DNA of 64,000 bases from Cycas panzhihuaensis (taxonomy: Eukaryota; Plantae; Cycadophyta). Under the pieces are notes generated by a model that searched no databases, was not told where the DNA came from, and saw only the letters and a program-made list of their open reading frames with translations. Numbering within the stretch: the first letter of the stretch is position 1; each line of letters opens with the position of its first letter. Positions 39,192-52,400 of this stretch are shown here, piece by piece. The stretch is taken from positions 160,525,741 through 160,589,740 of the forward strand of contig CM041465.1 in assembly GCA_023213395.1 (NCBI GenBank). Direction: 5' to 3'. The position numbers were made by a program, and so were the translations under genes.

Positions 39192-42100
39192 ATGGCTCCT
39201 CAAAGCGATAGTGACAAAATCTCAACACTTGAGACTGAAGTCCATAGAATTAATGATACAATAAAGGATCTCGGCCACATATGTGATGAGGTTAAAAATG
39301 AAGTAGGTACCTTACATGCAAACTTTAGCTCAAAATTGTAAAACCTAGCATCTCATATTGATGTCTAAGATATAATTAAGAGGTTGAATAACTTCTCTCC
39401 TCCACCACTAGTTGGCCCTGCACAACAACAAATCATGCCTCCACCTCCACATCAGCAACAACCATTCCATCATAAGATCAACATACCCACATTTGATCCA
39501 GATCTCAACAAGGATAGTGCACAAAGTTGGATTAGCAAACTAGAGTCTTACTTTGCACTTAACCCAATGCCAGTGAATGACCAACTTACATTTGCTTCCA
39601 TTCACTTAGATGGGAAGGTATATTATTGGTTTCGATGGTGGAAATAGGAGTACCCCTCCAACTAATCTTGGGTGCACTTCTCTACCTATTTTTTCGAGCA
39701 GTATGAAGACACTTGGAGTCAATCTTTTTTTACACAGCTAACATGCTTGAAACAAGTATCCTCTATCGAAGTTTACATGGACGAGTTCCAATCTTTACAT
39801 AATTGGGTTGATCAGCAACTTGATAAATAGACAGAGATAGATACGTACGTATCCAGACTTAAAGAACGTATCCAAATGCACTTAAAGATAATCTCCCTAT
39901 CCACTCTAAAGGATGCAATTAATATGGCTAAAGTAGTAGAAGTAGAATTTGCTACAGAAAGACCTCCTCCATTCAGATGAGACTCCACGTGGTTTTCACG
40001 ATCCTGACAAGCTGATATAGCCTAGTCCCAGAGACCACGATCACGCCTACGACTAGAGGACACCCCAGCTACATCTCTCAAGCAACGCACTAAGGAATCA
40101 TTATTAAAGTCCATCCACATCACTCCTACAGAGGCACAACGTTGTCAGGAAGTTGGTCTATATATGTAATATTCTGAAAAATAGACCACTAGTCACAATA
40201 GAGTCTACAAAGCTAGGAAGATGGTCTTTACAATTGACCCAGACTTACCCTCAGATGATGACCCTAATGCTAAGCATGAATATGATGATGAACCCCAAGC
40301 CCACCTTATTGATGAGTTACCCCCAAACCCTGAGCCTGAAGTTTCCTTATCTACAGTTACCTCAATTGCATGTCCTGAACCACTTCCAGTCAAAGGAATA
40401 CTTAGGAAAACCTCGATTACCATTTTGATCGATGGTGGCACGTCGCTAAATTTCATCAATATCTCCATTACCCGCCAATTAAATCTTTACATAAAACCTA
40501 AAACTTGCTTCACTTGCTCCTTACCTAGTCATCACACACTCTATTATGTGGGAACAATAAAAAACCTCACAGCCCACATTGGCTCATATACCCTTGTCTC
40601 TGATTTTTATGCCCTTTCCATAGGTGGGTCAGATGCAATTCTTGGCGTATAATGGCTCTAGACTCTAAGGACTTATAGCACCAATAACTCACCCACGACC
40701 CCCTTCATTATGTTCAAAGATCACATGGGCCACTCTCATAAACTTTATGGGATGCAAGCCCCCCTAAATAAAGTAATCTCACCCTCAAGAATGCACCGCC
40801 AACTCAACGATAACATCAGATACATCATTCATCTTAACCATATCCAGGCCCTCTCAGGTATCCACCCTGATATCCAACAAGTATTGGATCGATACCAATC
40901 TATATTTGCTCTGTTACCTACTAGCCCCCTACCTAATCGAGGCTTTTACCATATTATTAAGTTACAAAGTTCGCATGACCCGATAAGCCTTCGACCATAT
41001 AGAAATTCCTATTTCCAAAAAAATGAAATTAAAAAAATCATGTAGGAATTATTGGACATGGGTATCATCCAACCTAGTAAAAGCCTATATGTAGCACCTG
41101 TCATCTTAGTTCGTAAGAAGGATGGATCTTTCTGACTTTGTGTTGACTATCGTGTGCTCAATAAAATCACCATAAAAAATAAGTTTCCCACGCCACAAAT
41201 CGATGACATATTAGATGAAATCTATGGCGCTACAATTTTCACCAAGCTTGATTTATAGTCAGGATACTACCAAATCCCCATCTTGCCGGAGGATCAACTT
41301 AAAATAGCTTTCTAAACCCACCATAGCCACTTTGAGTTCCAAGTCATGCCCTTTGGCCTATATAATGCTTCGGCCACCTTTCAGGCTCTCATGAACAAGA
41401 TCTTCTCCCCATACTTACAAAAATTTATCATCGTCTTCTTCGATGATATTCTTATCTATAGCTCAAACATGCTGGCCCATATCCCACATTTAGAAATAGT
41501 CCTTCAAATCCTAGCTGAGAATAAATTGTATGCTAAGCTCTCCAAATATGAATTTGGGCAATCTGAATTACAATACCTTGGGCATATTATATCCTTTGCA
41601 GGGGTTTCGGTGGATCTTGATAAAATCTCTGTCATCACTAATTGGCCAACCCCAAAAACCCTAACCCAATTGCGGTCTTTCCTAGGACTTACTAGATTCT
41701 ATCGACGGTTCATTCGAAATTATACCACACTCACTACTCCCTTAACCCACTTACTTCGGAAGGATTCCTTCCAGTGGTCCCCCTCAGCTAATGAGGCCTT
41801 CCTCCATTTAAAGGAGGTCATGACAACCACCCCAGTCTTAGCCTCCCTTGACTTTTCTCAGCCTTTCCAATTAGAATACGATGCCTCTGGGTTTGGATTA
41901 GGTGTGGTCTTAATGTAAGACTTCTACCCCATTGTCTTCGAAAGTTGAAAACTCAAAGATCATGAGTGTATTCTTTTTACCTATAAAAAAGAAATGCGGG
42001 CCATCCTCCATGCTGTTGACAAGTGGCGACAGTATCTACTTGGGTCTAAATTCACTATCCTCACTGATCATCATAGCCTTCGCCATTTACTAGATCAATC

Positions 42101-43697
42101 AGTCCTCTCAGAAGAGTTGGCGAAATGGGTCAACCACCTCCAAGTTTTTGATTTTACAATAACATATAAAAGGGTAAAGATAACATTGTGGCAGATGCTC
42201 TGTCAAGGTTGCCTTCACCTACACATGGCGATAACACTGGTCATACTGAGGACCCCACCATTTATGCCATTTCCTCCCCACAACTAACATGGCTATAGGA
42301 TTTAGCCATGGCTAACCAAAACCAACATGATTTTGTGCACTGGGCCAATAAGGTCCACACTCATAAGGATTGGTCCATCTATAATAATCTTCTCTTATAC
42401 CAAAATCGCATATTCGTACATCCCCTCTCAACTTTTATCCCACAAATTTTATCAGAATATCATTCTTCCCCTCTTGGCGGCTACTTTGGTTTTGATAAAA
42501 CTTACCGTAGGATTCGTTCTGACTTCTTTCGGCCAGAAATGAAATCCACCATCCTTACCTTTGTCTCATAATGTGATACATCCCAATGTAACAAAGCTGA
42601 TACAAAATCCCAACCGAGCCTCCTTCAACCATTGCATATCCCACAAGGTAAATGGCAAGATATTGCCATGGACTTTATAACGGGCCTACCACCATCTGTT
42701 GGATTTGACTCCATTTTAGTAGTCATAGATCGGTTGACAAAATATGCCAACTTCTTACCCGTCCATACAACCTATAAAGCCCCACGCATCGCTGACATCT
42801 ACATCCAGACAATATTTCATTTGCATGGTTTTTCATCCACCATTGTATGCGATCGCGATCCTAAATTCACTAGCTCCTTTTGGCAAGAGCTATTCTGCGC
42901 ATCAGGTATATCATTCAATATGAGTTCTACATACCATCCATAGACCGATGGCCAATTTGAGGTCCTTAACAAAACCCTGGAGACCTACTTACATTGCTTT
43001 GAATATGACTACTAGTATAAATAGACATCATGGCTAACTCTAGCTGAGTCTTGGTACAACTCCTCACACCATTCAGCGATTGGAATGTCCCCATTTTTGG
43101 CTCTCTATGGGTATCCCCATCCATCCCACCACACCTTAACTACCAACCTCTGTATGACAGCAATGCAAAAAAAATTACAGTATATGGACCAAATTCTCCA
43201 CACCCTTAAACAAAACCTATTCATGGCCCAAAATTGAATGAAACAATTAGCAGACCACCACTGCTCTAATCGCTGCTTCAATATTAGGGATTTAGTATTT
43301 CTTCGTCTCCAGCCTTATAAGCAACAATCCCTTCACCATCATAAGAACCACAAACTTAGCCCTCGATATTATGTCCCCTATAAGTCCTTAAATGTATTGG
43401 TGAAGTTGCATATGCTCTCGACCTTCCCCTCACCACAAACATCCATAATGTTTTTCATGTCTCCTATCTTCGGACGTGTCTAAGAAAACCCCATACTCCA
43501 CAGATAACCCTTCTAATTTTGGATGAAGAGCAAACCTTGTCTGTACCTCTAAAATATATCCTGGTTACTAGACAATGACATCTCTGGAATCAGTCTATTT
43601 CAGAATATTTGATACAGTGGACAGGCTACACCTCTGATGAAGTAACTTGGGAGTCTGATGAGTTTGTCAAAAAGCACCCATATCTCACTTGCCTTAA
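39192..43697 (+). pseudogene. gag-pol: gag-pol (gag, PR, RT, RH, IN, chromodomain) with stops and frameshifts
   Basis: WISKLESYF; LIDGGTSLNFI; MPFGL, FFDDIL; EYDASGFG, TDHHSL; WQDIAMDFI, CDRDPKF; EYLIQWTG..EVTWES. Confidence 0.95.
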
Positions 43698-43724
43698 GGA
43701 CTCGGCATCTTAAGGGAGGGGACT

Positions 43725-44097
43725 TATTACATAACTTATCTGACTAAGTTATATAAACCACTATGAAACTTTATGCATGTGCCATCTTGCAGGCCAATAG
43801 TATGCATGGGCACTGCCGTCCAATAGAATGTAAGGCCACTTAGGCCACCAATAGGATTACATGTATAAGACCCTATTTTGTCTATATAAGGGTCATAAAT
43901 TATAAATGATGGTTATCTTAATAGAACATTTTTATAAAGATTGTGTCGCGGTACTTTCTATATTTTGGTGATCATTTAGCGCTTTAGTGTTCCTGTGAAA
44001 CTCTTGGTTAGCTTGTTTACTCTATTGGATAAGAAGACATTGCTATGATTGTCAAATTCTCTGTTATCTTAAGAGTATTGCGAGAAGAAACGTCCAA
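43725..44097 (+). repeat. 3' LTR
   Basis: Follows the PPT; termini mutated (TA..AA); matches the 5' LTR. Confidence 0.93.
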
Positions 44098-47042
44098 TTT
44101 TTCCTTAAGGGAAAGGGGGAGGGTAATTATCTCAAGAGGTGCCTTTTTATTTCCATTATATCCTTAGCACTTCCATAGGATTAGGTAAAGGGCCCTAATT
44201 CCAAGTTTCTTAAGTATTTAGTAAAACATGGCATTCGTGGAGGACCCATTATCAATAACAAATCTTTTTAGAGTAATCTTTAGGGTCTTAATGGTGATGG
44301 TAAATGGATAATACCAAAAATATTTACATTTGTTAGTAGGTGGTACGCCATTAGGATTAAAAATGTTGATAGGTTAGTAAGGGAAGGTGGTGGTGACAAC
44401 ATGGATAAGGACTTTCTTATGCCCTGGGGCTTCTAGAAGTAAGTTTCTTTGATCAGGGAAACTTTATAGGATGTCCATTATGGACATACCCACAGAAATG
44501 GTATAAAGTTCCTCTATGATAAGGAAAGACTTCCCCTAATTAGTGGGTTAGGGAAGGGCCCTTCTAAAGTCATATTAACTAGGGAAAATAGGAATAATCT
44601 TGGGAAGTATAGGATCTTAGTTGAAAGGGGCTCAATAAGTGGTTATTAAGAAGTATAGTCTTCTCTAGCTTCCTTAGCTACTTAGGCATGAGTAATCAGA
44701 AATACCTAGGTTGTAGTAAGCATCAAAATGTCTCTCTTACCCATAACATTATAGTATTAGATGATTTAGGTTGGCTTTTAGATCTTAGAGGAGGAGCTTA
44801 TTGGCTTGAGTTGGGGTTTATCTTTGTCTTACTTTGGAGTTAGGCTAGGTAGATGCCTCCTCTAAGGTTGGGGTCATCCCCTCCCTCATTGGTTTTATAG
44901 TTAGTTTGGTGGTTTAGGGGCATCATGGCTTGGGAAGGGGTCCTAATGGACTAGCTACTCAAGATTAGGTTTGGATGTGGATTATGAAGAAGGATCCTAG
45001 GGCCATGCCTACTTAGGATGTTGGGTCTAATAATGAGCATTACCATGGGTGCAACTCCCTTAAATAAAACACCATCTCTTTTTAGGTGGTGTAGGGTATT
45101 TTTATATTAGGGAGGGCCAAGATTAGCCCTATTAGGTTGGGAAATTATTTAGGTAGCTTGATATACTATCTTATATTGTATGAAGGAATGTGTGGCTCTA
45201 GCTAATTAGAAGATGGTTAAAGTTTTAGGTCTTTGATCACTCGTTCAAATAAGCAAATGATAGATGTGAGGGAATCCATTATCTTATTGACATTATCGAA
45301 AGAAGGCCTTAAAGCCTATGGTTGAGGCCTTTGCTCCCATAGTGGAGGTAGTGTCTCATATTGTGGAGGAGGTTTATTGACCATTTTAAGCCTTACTTAG
45401 ATCTTAATGGACTCTAAAGTAAGGCACTTGGTAATTATCAAGTCACAAGTGGTCATACCCATCTTGAGTACTTCCACATAGAGTTCTTAGTAAAAGGTGT
45501 TCATAAAGATATCTCTTTTTAGTTCCTCATGTCGCATGGCCTTAAATAAATGGAACAACTCATGGATATGATGCATAAAGTATTTATTGGGTTCCTTATA
45601 GCCTTATTTAAGTGAGAGAAGGGATTTGGCCCCACTCTTAAAAGGGTGTACAACATCAAAATAGTTGACAAAAGTGTATACTAATTACTATAAATAGTAG
45701 ATAGAATAGGTATGAAAATGGTAAAACCATTTTAGAGCATCCCCATAGAGAGTTCTTGGGAACAACTTCATAAGGATATAGTCATGGTATCAATAATTAA
45801 TGTGTGCTGTATCAAATTCTCTAACATGATCGATAGGGTCTTATGAACTTGGGCACTTTAGGAGGATGGGGTGGTAGATTACTCATAAGGGCATCTAAAG
45901 AAAGTGGGATGGTCCCATAGTCAATAAAGGGATATGGCTTAAGTTGAGCCAAGGAATTGAGAGGCAAGAAGATGGGTTAAGGCTAATACAATTATTATAC
46001 TTAGGCCCCATCATAAGGAGCATACCCTTATTGGTAGGATGGCTATTGAACAATAGGTTAGTAGATGCCCCTAACCTAATAAGGGCATACCATTAGAGCA
46101 TAAGGGCTAGGCATATCTGGAGGGAGGCATCCATAGGCTAAGGCACCATATGAAGGGATAGGGTAAGATATGCCACTTAGTGTGATAACTCCCCAAGGAA
46201 TTAATACATAAGGTGGAATAAATGCTAGCCTAGGTTGGGCTTGGTAGGTTTGGGTGGGCAGCACTTAGTAGGTAGGGATAGGTTGAGAGGCCATCAATTA
46301 ATAATAGGGAATAGGGTAAGAAGGATAATGGGGAAGTAGATTCTACCTATATGGGCCTTTAATTAGAGGGGCAACCATATATGGGTGGAGAAGATCTACA
46401 TCATAAGTAAGTAAAAGATGAGGCCCATCTTGCCTTAACTATTAGGTGACATACCCAAGTGGGATAAACGTGGATTGGTTAGGTTAAGGTATAGGTTAAA
46501 TAAGTCAAATAAGATGAGGAGAAGGGTGAGTCATCCCCTAGAGTCCTATGGGATGAGGGTGAGGTGGAATAAGTATAACAAGAGGAGGGGTCCAAGTAGT
46601 AGTTGGTTATGGAATAGAGGTATGAAGACCACTTATTAAAGGAATAAGTAGGAGAATAGATGAAATATGCTAAGTAGGCTAAGAAACTACTATAAATGAA
46701 GGACCCACAAATAGGGCAACTATCAACTAGGGTTTAGGTGGAAGAGTGGCTTAGGAAATTAATTGAGAGTAACCTAAGTCTAAGAAGAGGGTAGACTTAG
46801 ATGGAGGAATCCCTTTAAGGTGGTAAGGGAATCATCACTTGTACAAGGGAGGTGTGAAAGAAGAAGAAGGTTATGTAGATATGACATATACCTAGTCTAT
46901 AAAGTTAAATAATGAATATAAAGGATCCTCACAAAGCTAGATAATAAAGCTAATAGAGTCTTACCCTATCTTAAAGGCCTCAAACAAAGAAGAAGAAGAT
47001 GGAGAAAGTAATACAATGCAAGGCTATCAACCTACTAGCAAG

Positions 47043-47060
47043 TCCCCAATATGGTTGCCA
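47043..47060 (-). promoter_or_regulatory. Degenerate PBS, tRNA-Arg type
   Basis: TGGCAACCATATTGGGGA directly after an LTR end (..GTTCA at 47062); resembles the TGGCGACTCC(A/G)CTGGGGA PBS of Ogre/Tat elements. Confidence 0.6.
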
Positions 47061-47061
47061 A

Positions 47062-47437
47062 TGAACACAAATACACAAGAGGAGAGGACATGTAAATCAT
47101 GACCCTATAATAAGCTTAAAGGGTGAGGAATACTTGAGTAGGGAGGGATGCATATAAATATCCCTCACGAAGTGTTCATATGTCTCTTATATATAAATGT
47201 AGGTATGATGAATATAATATTTGAATAACTAGGCTAAGAGCAATATGTAGGTGTGTGCAACATGCCAAAAAAATTGAAAATAAAAAGGAAATGAAATCTA
47301 TAGGTAATTAACTAATCAGAAGAAACACATTATACAAATAAGCACATGAGACAAATATGTATTAACCAATAAACATGAATTGAATGCTAACTACTAATAG
47401 ACTAAGATGAAATTGATCAAACTATAGTTAGCAACCT
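47062..47437 (-). repeat. End of the Tat-like 5' LTR, truncated by the Copia insertion; related to the flank segment of the tandem units (~16615-16990)
   Basis: Shared motifs CATGACCCTA.AATAA, GAGTAGGGAG and TGAATTGAA..CTAACTA. Confidence 0.7.
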
Positions 47438-50400
47438 TGAAAATGAAGGAAGGATGGATCTAGGGAATAAATCATTCATATGCACATAATAGAAATGGAG
47501 AATGAAAAGAGATAAAACAAGATATGAGAGCAACCTTAGAGGTGAGAATGAATAATTACTCCCTCATTGAGATTTTGCCTTTTATTATTGAGGGTGAGAA
47601 TTAGGTTTAGGATTTTTCTGCCAAATGATATAAATCTAAAATTACATCTAAATGCACATAAAATGCATTTCACATAATTAATCTACACAAATAACCTTGA
47701 TACATTAACCTCTTTTAATCCCCCCCTTAATGGTGGAAGGTTATTTTGAGAAAATCTATTCTATAAGGTCTTCATTTGAGCCTCATTATTATATTGAAAT
47801 TCTAAATGACACTTTTATGGGAAAACCCTAATGGGGAATAAAAACCCATGAACTTTCTAAGATATATAGCCCCTTTTATAAATCAAAATGACTAAGGTGG
47901 CTCTTTGATGTAGCTTGATAGCCAAGCAGCTTAAATATGTAGCTTAATCTACTAAGTTTCTATATACTATTTGGTCATCCTCTATGCCCTTTTGGGTTTT
48001 CATAGGTTATGATTTTCCAAAACTAGTACAACATTTATCCTTCCGTGCTTACATGGGATTTTCACAAATAGGATAGAGCATAGATTTACTCTTATTCTTC
48101 CACACCCATAAGGGATTTTCACGAAGAGAATAGAGTATGATGATCATGTTACCATATTCTTTGATCAATCAAAGATGGAGGCCCTAATGCCGAGATACCT
48201 TTGAAACTATTCAAGCTTCATCTTTTGTAGCAGTTTAGTGAAGATATCAGCCACTTGATCTTCTATGGGGTAGTATTTTAGTTGAACTGTGACATTATGA
48301 ACAAGTTCTCTAATCCTGTGGACTTTTGTACTTATGTATTTTGTACGATCGTGAAATATAAGATTTTTTGCCATGCAGATTACTAATTAATTATCCACAT
48401 GAAGACTCATAGGACTTATTTGGGTGATATTTAATGTTTCTAATAATTTTCTAAGTCATATCACCTCTTTACTGGTCTTAGAAGTAGTAATGTATTCAGC
48501 TTCAGTAGTTGAATATGCAACTATCTTCTGCCATCTAGATCTCCATGATATTGGTGTTGTTCCAAGAAACGTTACATACCTAGACATAGATCTTCCTATA
48601 TCTTTATCTCCTGCTAAGTCTGAGTTTGTGTATTTAGAAAGCTTGAAGTCTGAATTAGGTTCATATAACAAACCATATTTGCTAGTCATTTTAAGGTATC
48701 TCAACACTTGCACTACTGCCTGCTAATGATTCTACCTAGGATTTGTCATGTAACAAACAAGAATGCTAATAGAGTGTGCAATATCTAGCCTTATATTGGT
48801 AGTGTAGATGAGACTTCCTACAAGTTTCCTATAGAGTGTTATATCTGCGTCCCTAGTATCACCTTCAAATAAGAGTTTGGTATTAGGGTCCATAGGTAAA
48901 ATCATTGGTTGAGCATTTTTTAACTAAAACTTGGTTAGAAGATCGTTGATATATTTTTCTTAGGAGAGAAAAATTTTTCTATTCTTTTGTGTTACTTCAA
49001 TTCCCAAGTAATATTTCATCAAGTTGAGGTTAGACAATTCAAATATTTTGCCAAGGTTCTTTTTCAACTAGCTTATTACCTATTCACTATTACCCGTTAC
49101 TAGCATGTCATCCATAAAGATTATAAGATAAGTGACTTTATCCTTATGGTGCTTGATGAATAATGTTGCATCAATATCTTAGTAGTCACAAACCTCATAT
49201 CCAAGTTACCTCATTCTTTTAGACAACTTGGCAAACTAAGCACAAGGGGCTTATTTAAGGCCGTACAAGGACATTTTGAGCCTATAAACCTTATGCTCTT
49301 GACCTTTGATCTCATATCCTTCTGGATGAGCCATGCAAATTTCTTCTTCAAGATCTCCATTGAGAAATACAGTCTTAATATCAAGTTGGTGGATTTTCTA
49401 ACCCTATTGAGCAGCTAAGGCCACAAGAGTTCTAATTATAGGTAAGTTGGTTGTAGGTGCAAAGACTTCAGTGTAGTCAATACCTTCCCTTTATGAAAGT
49501 CCTTTAGCTACCAACCTCGCCTTATTTTTTTTAAGGGTTCCATCTGATCTATATTTATTTTTAAACACCCATTTATTTTGAACTACCTTTCTGCTAAGTG
49601 GTAGATCAATGAGCTCCCATGTACCATTCTTAATAAGAGATTGGTACTTTTCATTCATGGCATTTCTCTAAGTTTCATGCTTTATAACTTCTTAGTATAT
49701 TAGGGGCTCTTCATTAAGAGTAAGGTATGGTTCTGTTGGTTTAAGTTTAATATATAATGATTCCTACATCCTTACCCTATAGGCACTTCAAGTGCTAGTT
49801 TTACCCACCTCATCTGGTCGTATGTCATTATTGAGTTGGCAGGCTTCTCGAGATCCTCAAGTTAGGAATGAAGTCCTCATTTCCTCAACTTCTTAGTTCT
49901 TATCATATTCATTAAAATGATTATTTTGTGAGGAGGATGTTGATGCGCTTGAGGAAGATGGTTCTTCTAGCACTGTTTTACCTTTGTTGACTGAAGGTGG
50001 AGAGGATGGTTCTTCTATAATGGCTTTGCCTTTGTCAACTCTACTATCTTCAAAGGATGGTGCTAGATGTACACTCATCAGTTTAGAGTCACAAATTATA
50101 TCCTCTATTATTACCTTCTAATATTTGGAGTAATTTATGTCTGTCCCCCTCCCTTGATTTTAAAATTTAAACATTATACTTGATAATATAATTATAGTGG
50201 TGTTAGGGTAGTTTGAAGTCTAGTTTAAGTAATTGATCCTTTGTCTCCACAAAAGTGACATCTCTGGTAACGATGATTTTTTGTTGTAAAGGTATAAAAA
50301 CCTTATACCTTTTCTTATCCATAGAATATCCAACAAAGATATCTTTAAGTTCCCCTGGCTGGAGTTTATTTCGATTTGTATTTAGAATATGGGTATAGCA

Positions 50401-52400
50401 TATAGAGTCAAAAATTTTGAAATAGTGAGTAATGGGGGCTTGTCCTAACCACTTTTCATTAGGTGATTGTCCTTCCTTTGATGGGTTAACAACATTGATA
50501 TAATAAATAGTTGTCCAATTGGCTTCAGCCCATAAGTAGGTAAGTATATTTTTGTATACTAGTATAGCCTAAGCCATGTTCATGATTGTCCTATTCATGC
50601 GCTTTGTAACTCTATTTTGCTATAGGGTACCTGCTACTGTTATTTGATTCTTGATGCCATTGTCTCGAAGGTAGCTTTTAAACTTATGTAAGGTATATTC
50701 GCCACTATTATTAGTTCAAAGACATTTGAGTTGATAGCCTAACTCTTTTTCAGTAAGGGCTTTGAATTCTTTGAACACACGGAAGGCTCCATCTTTCTTA
50801 TGTAGAAAAACTACCCATACTTTTATAGTGAAATCATCTATGAAAGAGATGTAATATAATTTACCCTTTAGTGAAGGAATGGGCATTGGTTTGCACATAT
50901 TAGAGTATACTAATTGTAATGGATGGCTCGATTTCCATTGACTTTTGGGAAAGGGTTGTCAATGAGATTTGACAATGATACAAGCTTTACACTTAAAGGG
51001 GTTAGAGGAGAACTTTGGAAGATTTGGAAGAGTATTAGAAAGACCTCTAAGTATATCAATGTGAACATGACCCATGCAAGCATACCAAAGAGATTCTAGT
51101 GACAACATTAGATGGGTCAAGATGGAATTAAATACAAATTCTTAATCGACACAAGGGCTTTGGGAACAATGGGCTTCAGAGGATGGAGAGAGTTATTTAG
51201 TCAAAAGAGTTTGCCAAAGAGATGTCCAGTTAAGACCACTTGATTAGTTAGAGGGTGAATGACCTGGAGAGTCTGGTCATTTACAATTACACTTAGATTA
51301 AATCCACGAGAGATAAGTATGGACAAGAAGGGTAGGTTTTGTTTGAGATTGGGTATGTATAAGATATCAAGCAATATAAAATCTTTTAAGCTTAGGAGTT
51401 TCAGGCAAATGTTACCAATTCCTTCAATAGGTTATTATGATTTATCAACCATGTGAATAACTCCTTGAACATTTGAGCCAAATGTTTGATATAGACTATG
51501 ATTATACGTCATATGTTGAGTTGCTCCTATATCCATGATCCACTATCCTTCAATTGAATCCACACTATTGGCAATTCTAATAGGCCATGGCATTGGTGAA
51601 GGGAATTCACAAGTGATATATCCATATCGAGTTTCAAAGTATCTCTTTGGTTGGTCAATGGCATTTGATGTTGAAGATCCCTTAATTCTTTGAAAGTGTA
51701 CTTATATAAAACCTGTACCACTAAAGGATTCTTCACAAGTTTCTTCAACATTATGAGCCCCATGATTTGTTTGGAACTTAGCCAACTTATAAGTGGTAGT
51801 TCTATAGTCTTTTGTTAAGTGTCATTTATAGTTACATCGATCACGCATAATAGTTTAATTGCCAGTCCTTGAAAAGGTGCTGGTTTGGCCTAACTGTCTT
51901 GCTCTTTGTTGAGATGGGCCCTTGGCCTTGAGACTGTCGAGGCTGTGACTGAGGGTTTGGTTGACCTTGTGGATGATTTCCCATATTTCTTCCTCTTCCT
52001 CTTGCTCAGTTATTTTCTCTACCACGAGAGGGATCTTAATTCTTTGTATAGCAAGCTTCTTCTTCCACCTTAAAAGATGTATTTGGAAGAGAGTCAGAGG
52101 CTATAAAGTTGGTATCAAAGGTCTTCTCAAATTCTATGAACTTCTCAATAAGTGCTTTGAAGTTGAGTGTCTTCATTGTTCCACTAGATTGAAGACTTCC
52201 AAGCAAGTTTTTATAATCAAGGACATGTAGACATGATTAAATCAAGAATGCCCAAGTGATACATTGGGTCTTCAAATCTTTATCAATTAATTATTTGATT
52301 GGTTAAAGAAGATTTATTGTCTCATAAGCTCATCTCTTTTATATTTTTAATTTGTTCATTTTTAGAATAAGATAAATAAATTCTAAATCTGATTTAGTAT
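47438..52400 (-). mobile_element. Ty1/Copia element (3' LTR 47438-47717, PPT ~47719-47728, gag-PR-IN-RT-RH), cut in gag by the next insertion
   Basis: Knuckle CDRCNYK*HL (~51830); WIMDIGATQHMT (~51525); WYACMGH, YYISFIDDF, W.EA (IN); ARLVAKG, QLDIKTVFLNGDL (RT); YTNSDLAGD, STTEAEY (RH). Confidence 0.92.

Larger units (their letters stand above)
37706..44097 (+). mobile_element. Complete Ty3/Gypsy chromovirus (short LTRs, iMet PBS, chromodomain)
   Basis: LTRs at 37706-38079 and 43725-44097. PBS TGGTATCAAAGC at 38082. PPT AAGGGAGGGGA at 43712-43722. TSD TTTTT at 37701-37705 and 44098-44102. Host protease sequence resumes across the insertion. Confidence 0.97.
31500..47437 (-). mobile_element. 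Degenerate Tat-like Ty3/Gypsy element, interrupted by later insertions; left end approximate
   Basis: PBS at 47043-47060, gag ~45300-45930, protease split at 37705/44098 (VIDNGSSTN; DYNLPLG*PWL), RT ~35400-36250, RH ~34890-35200 and aRH ~34085-34440. The PPT/LTR start near 33440 resembles 63815-63900. Confidence 0.82.
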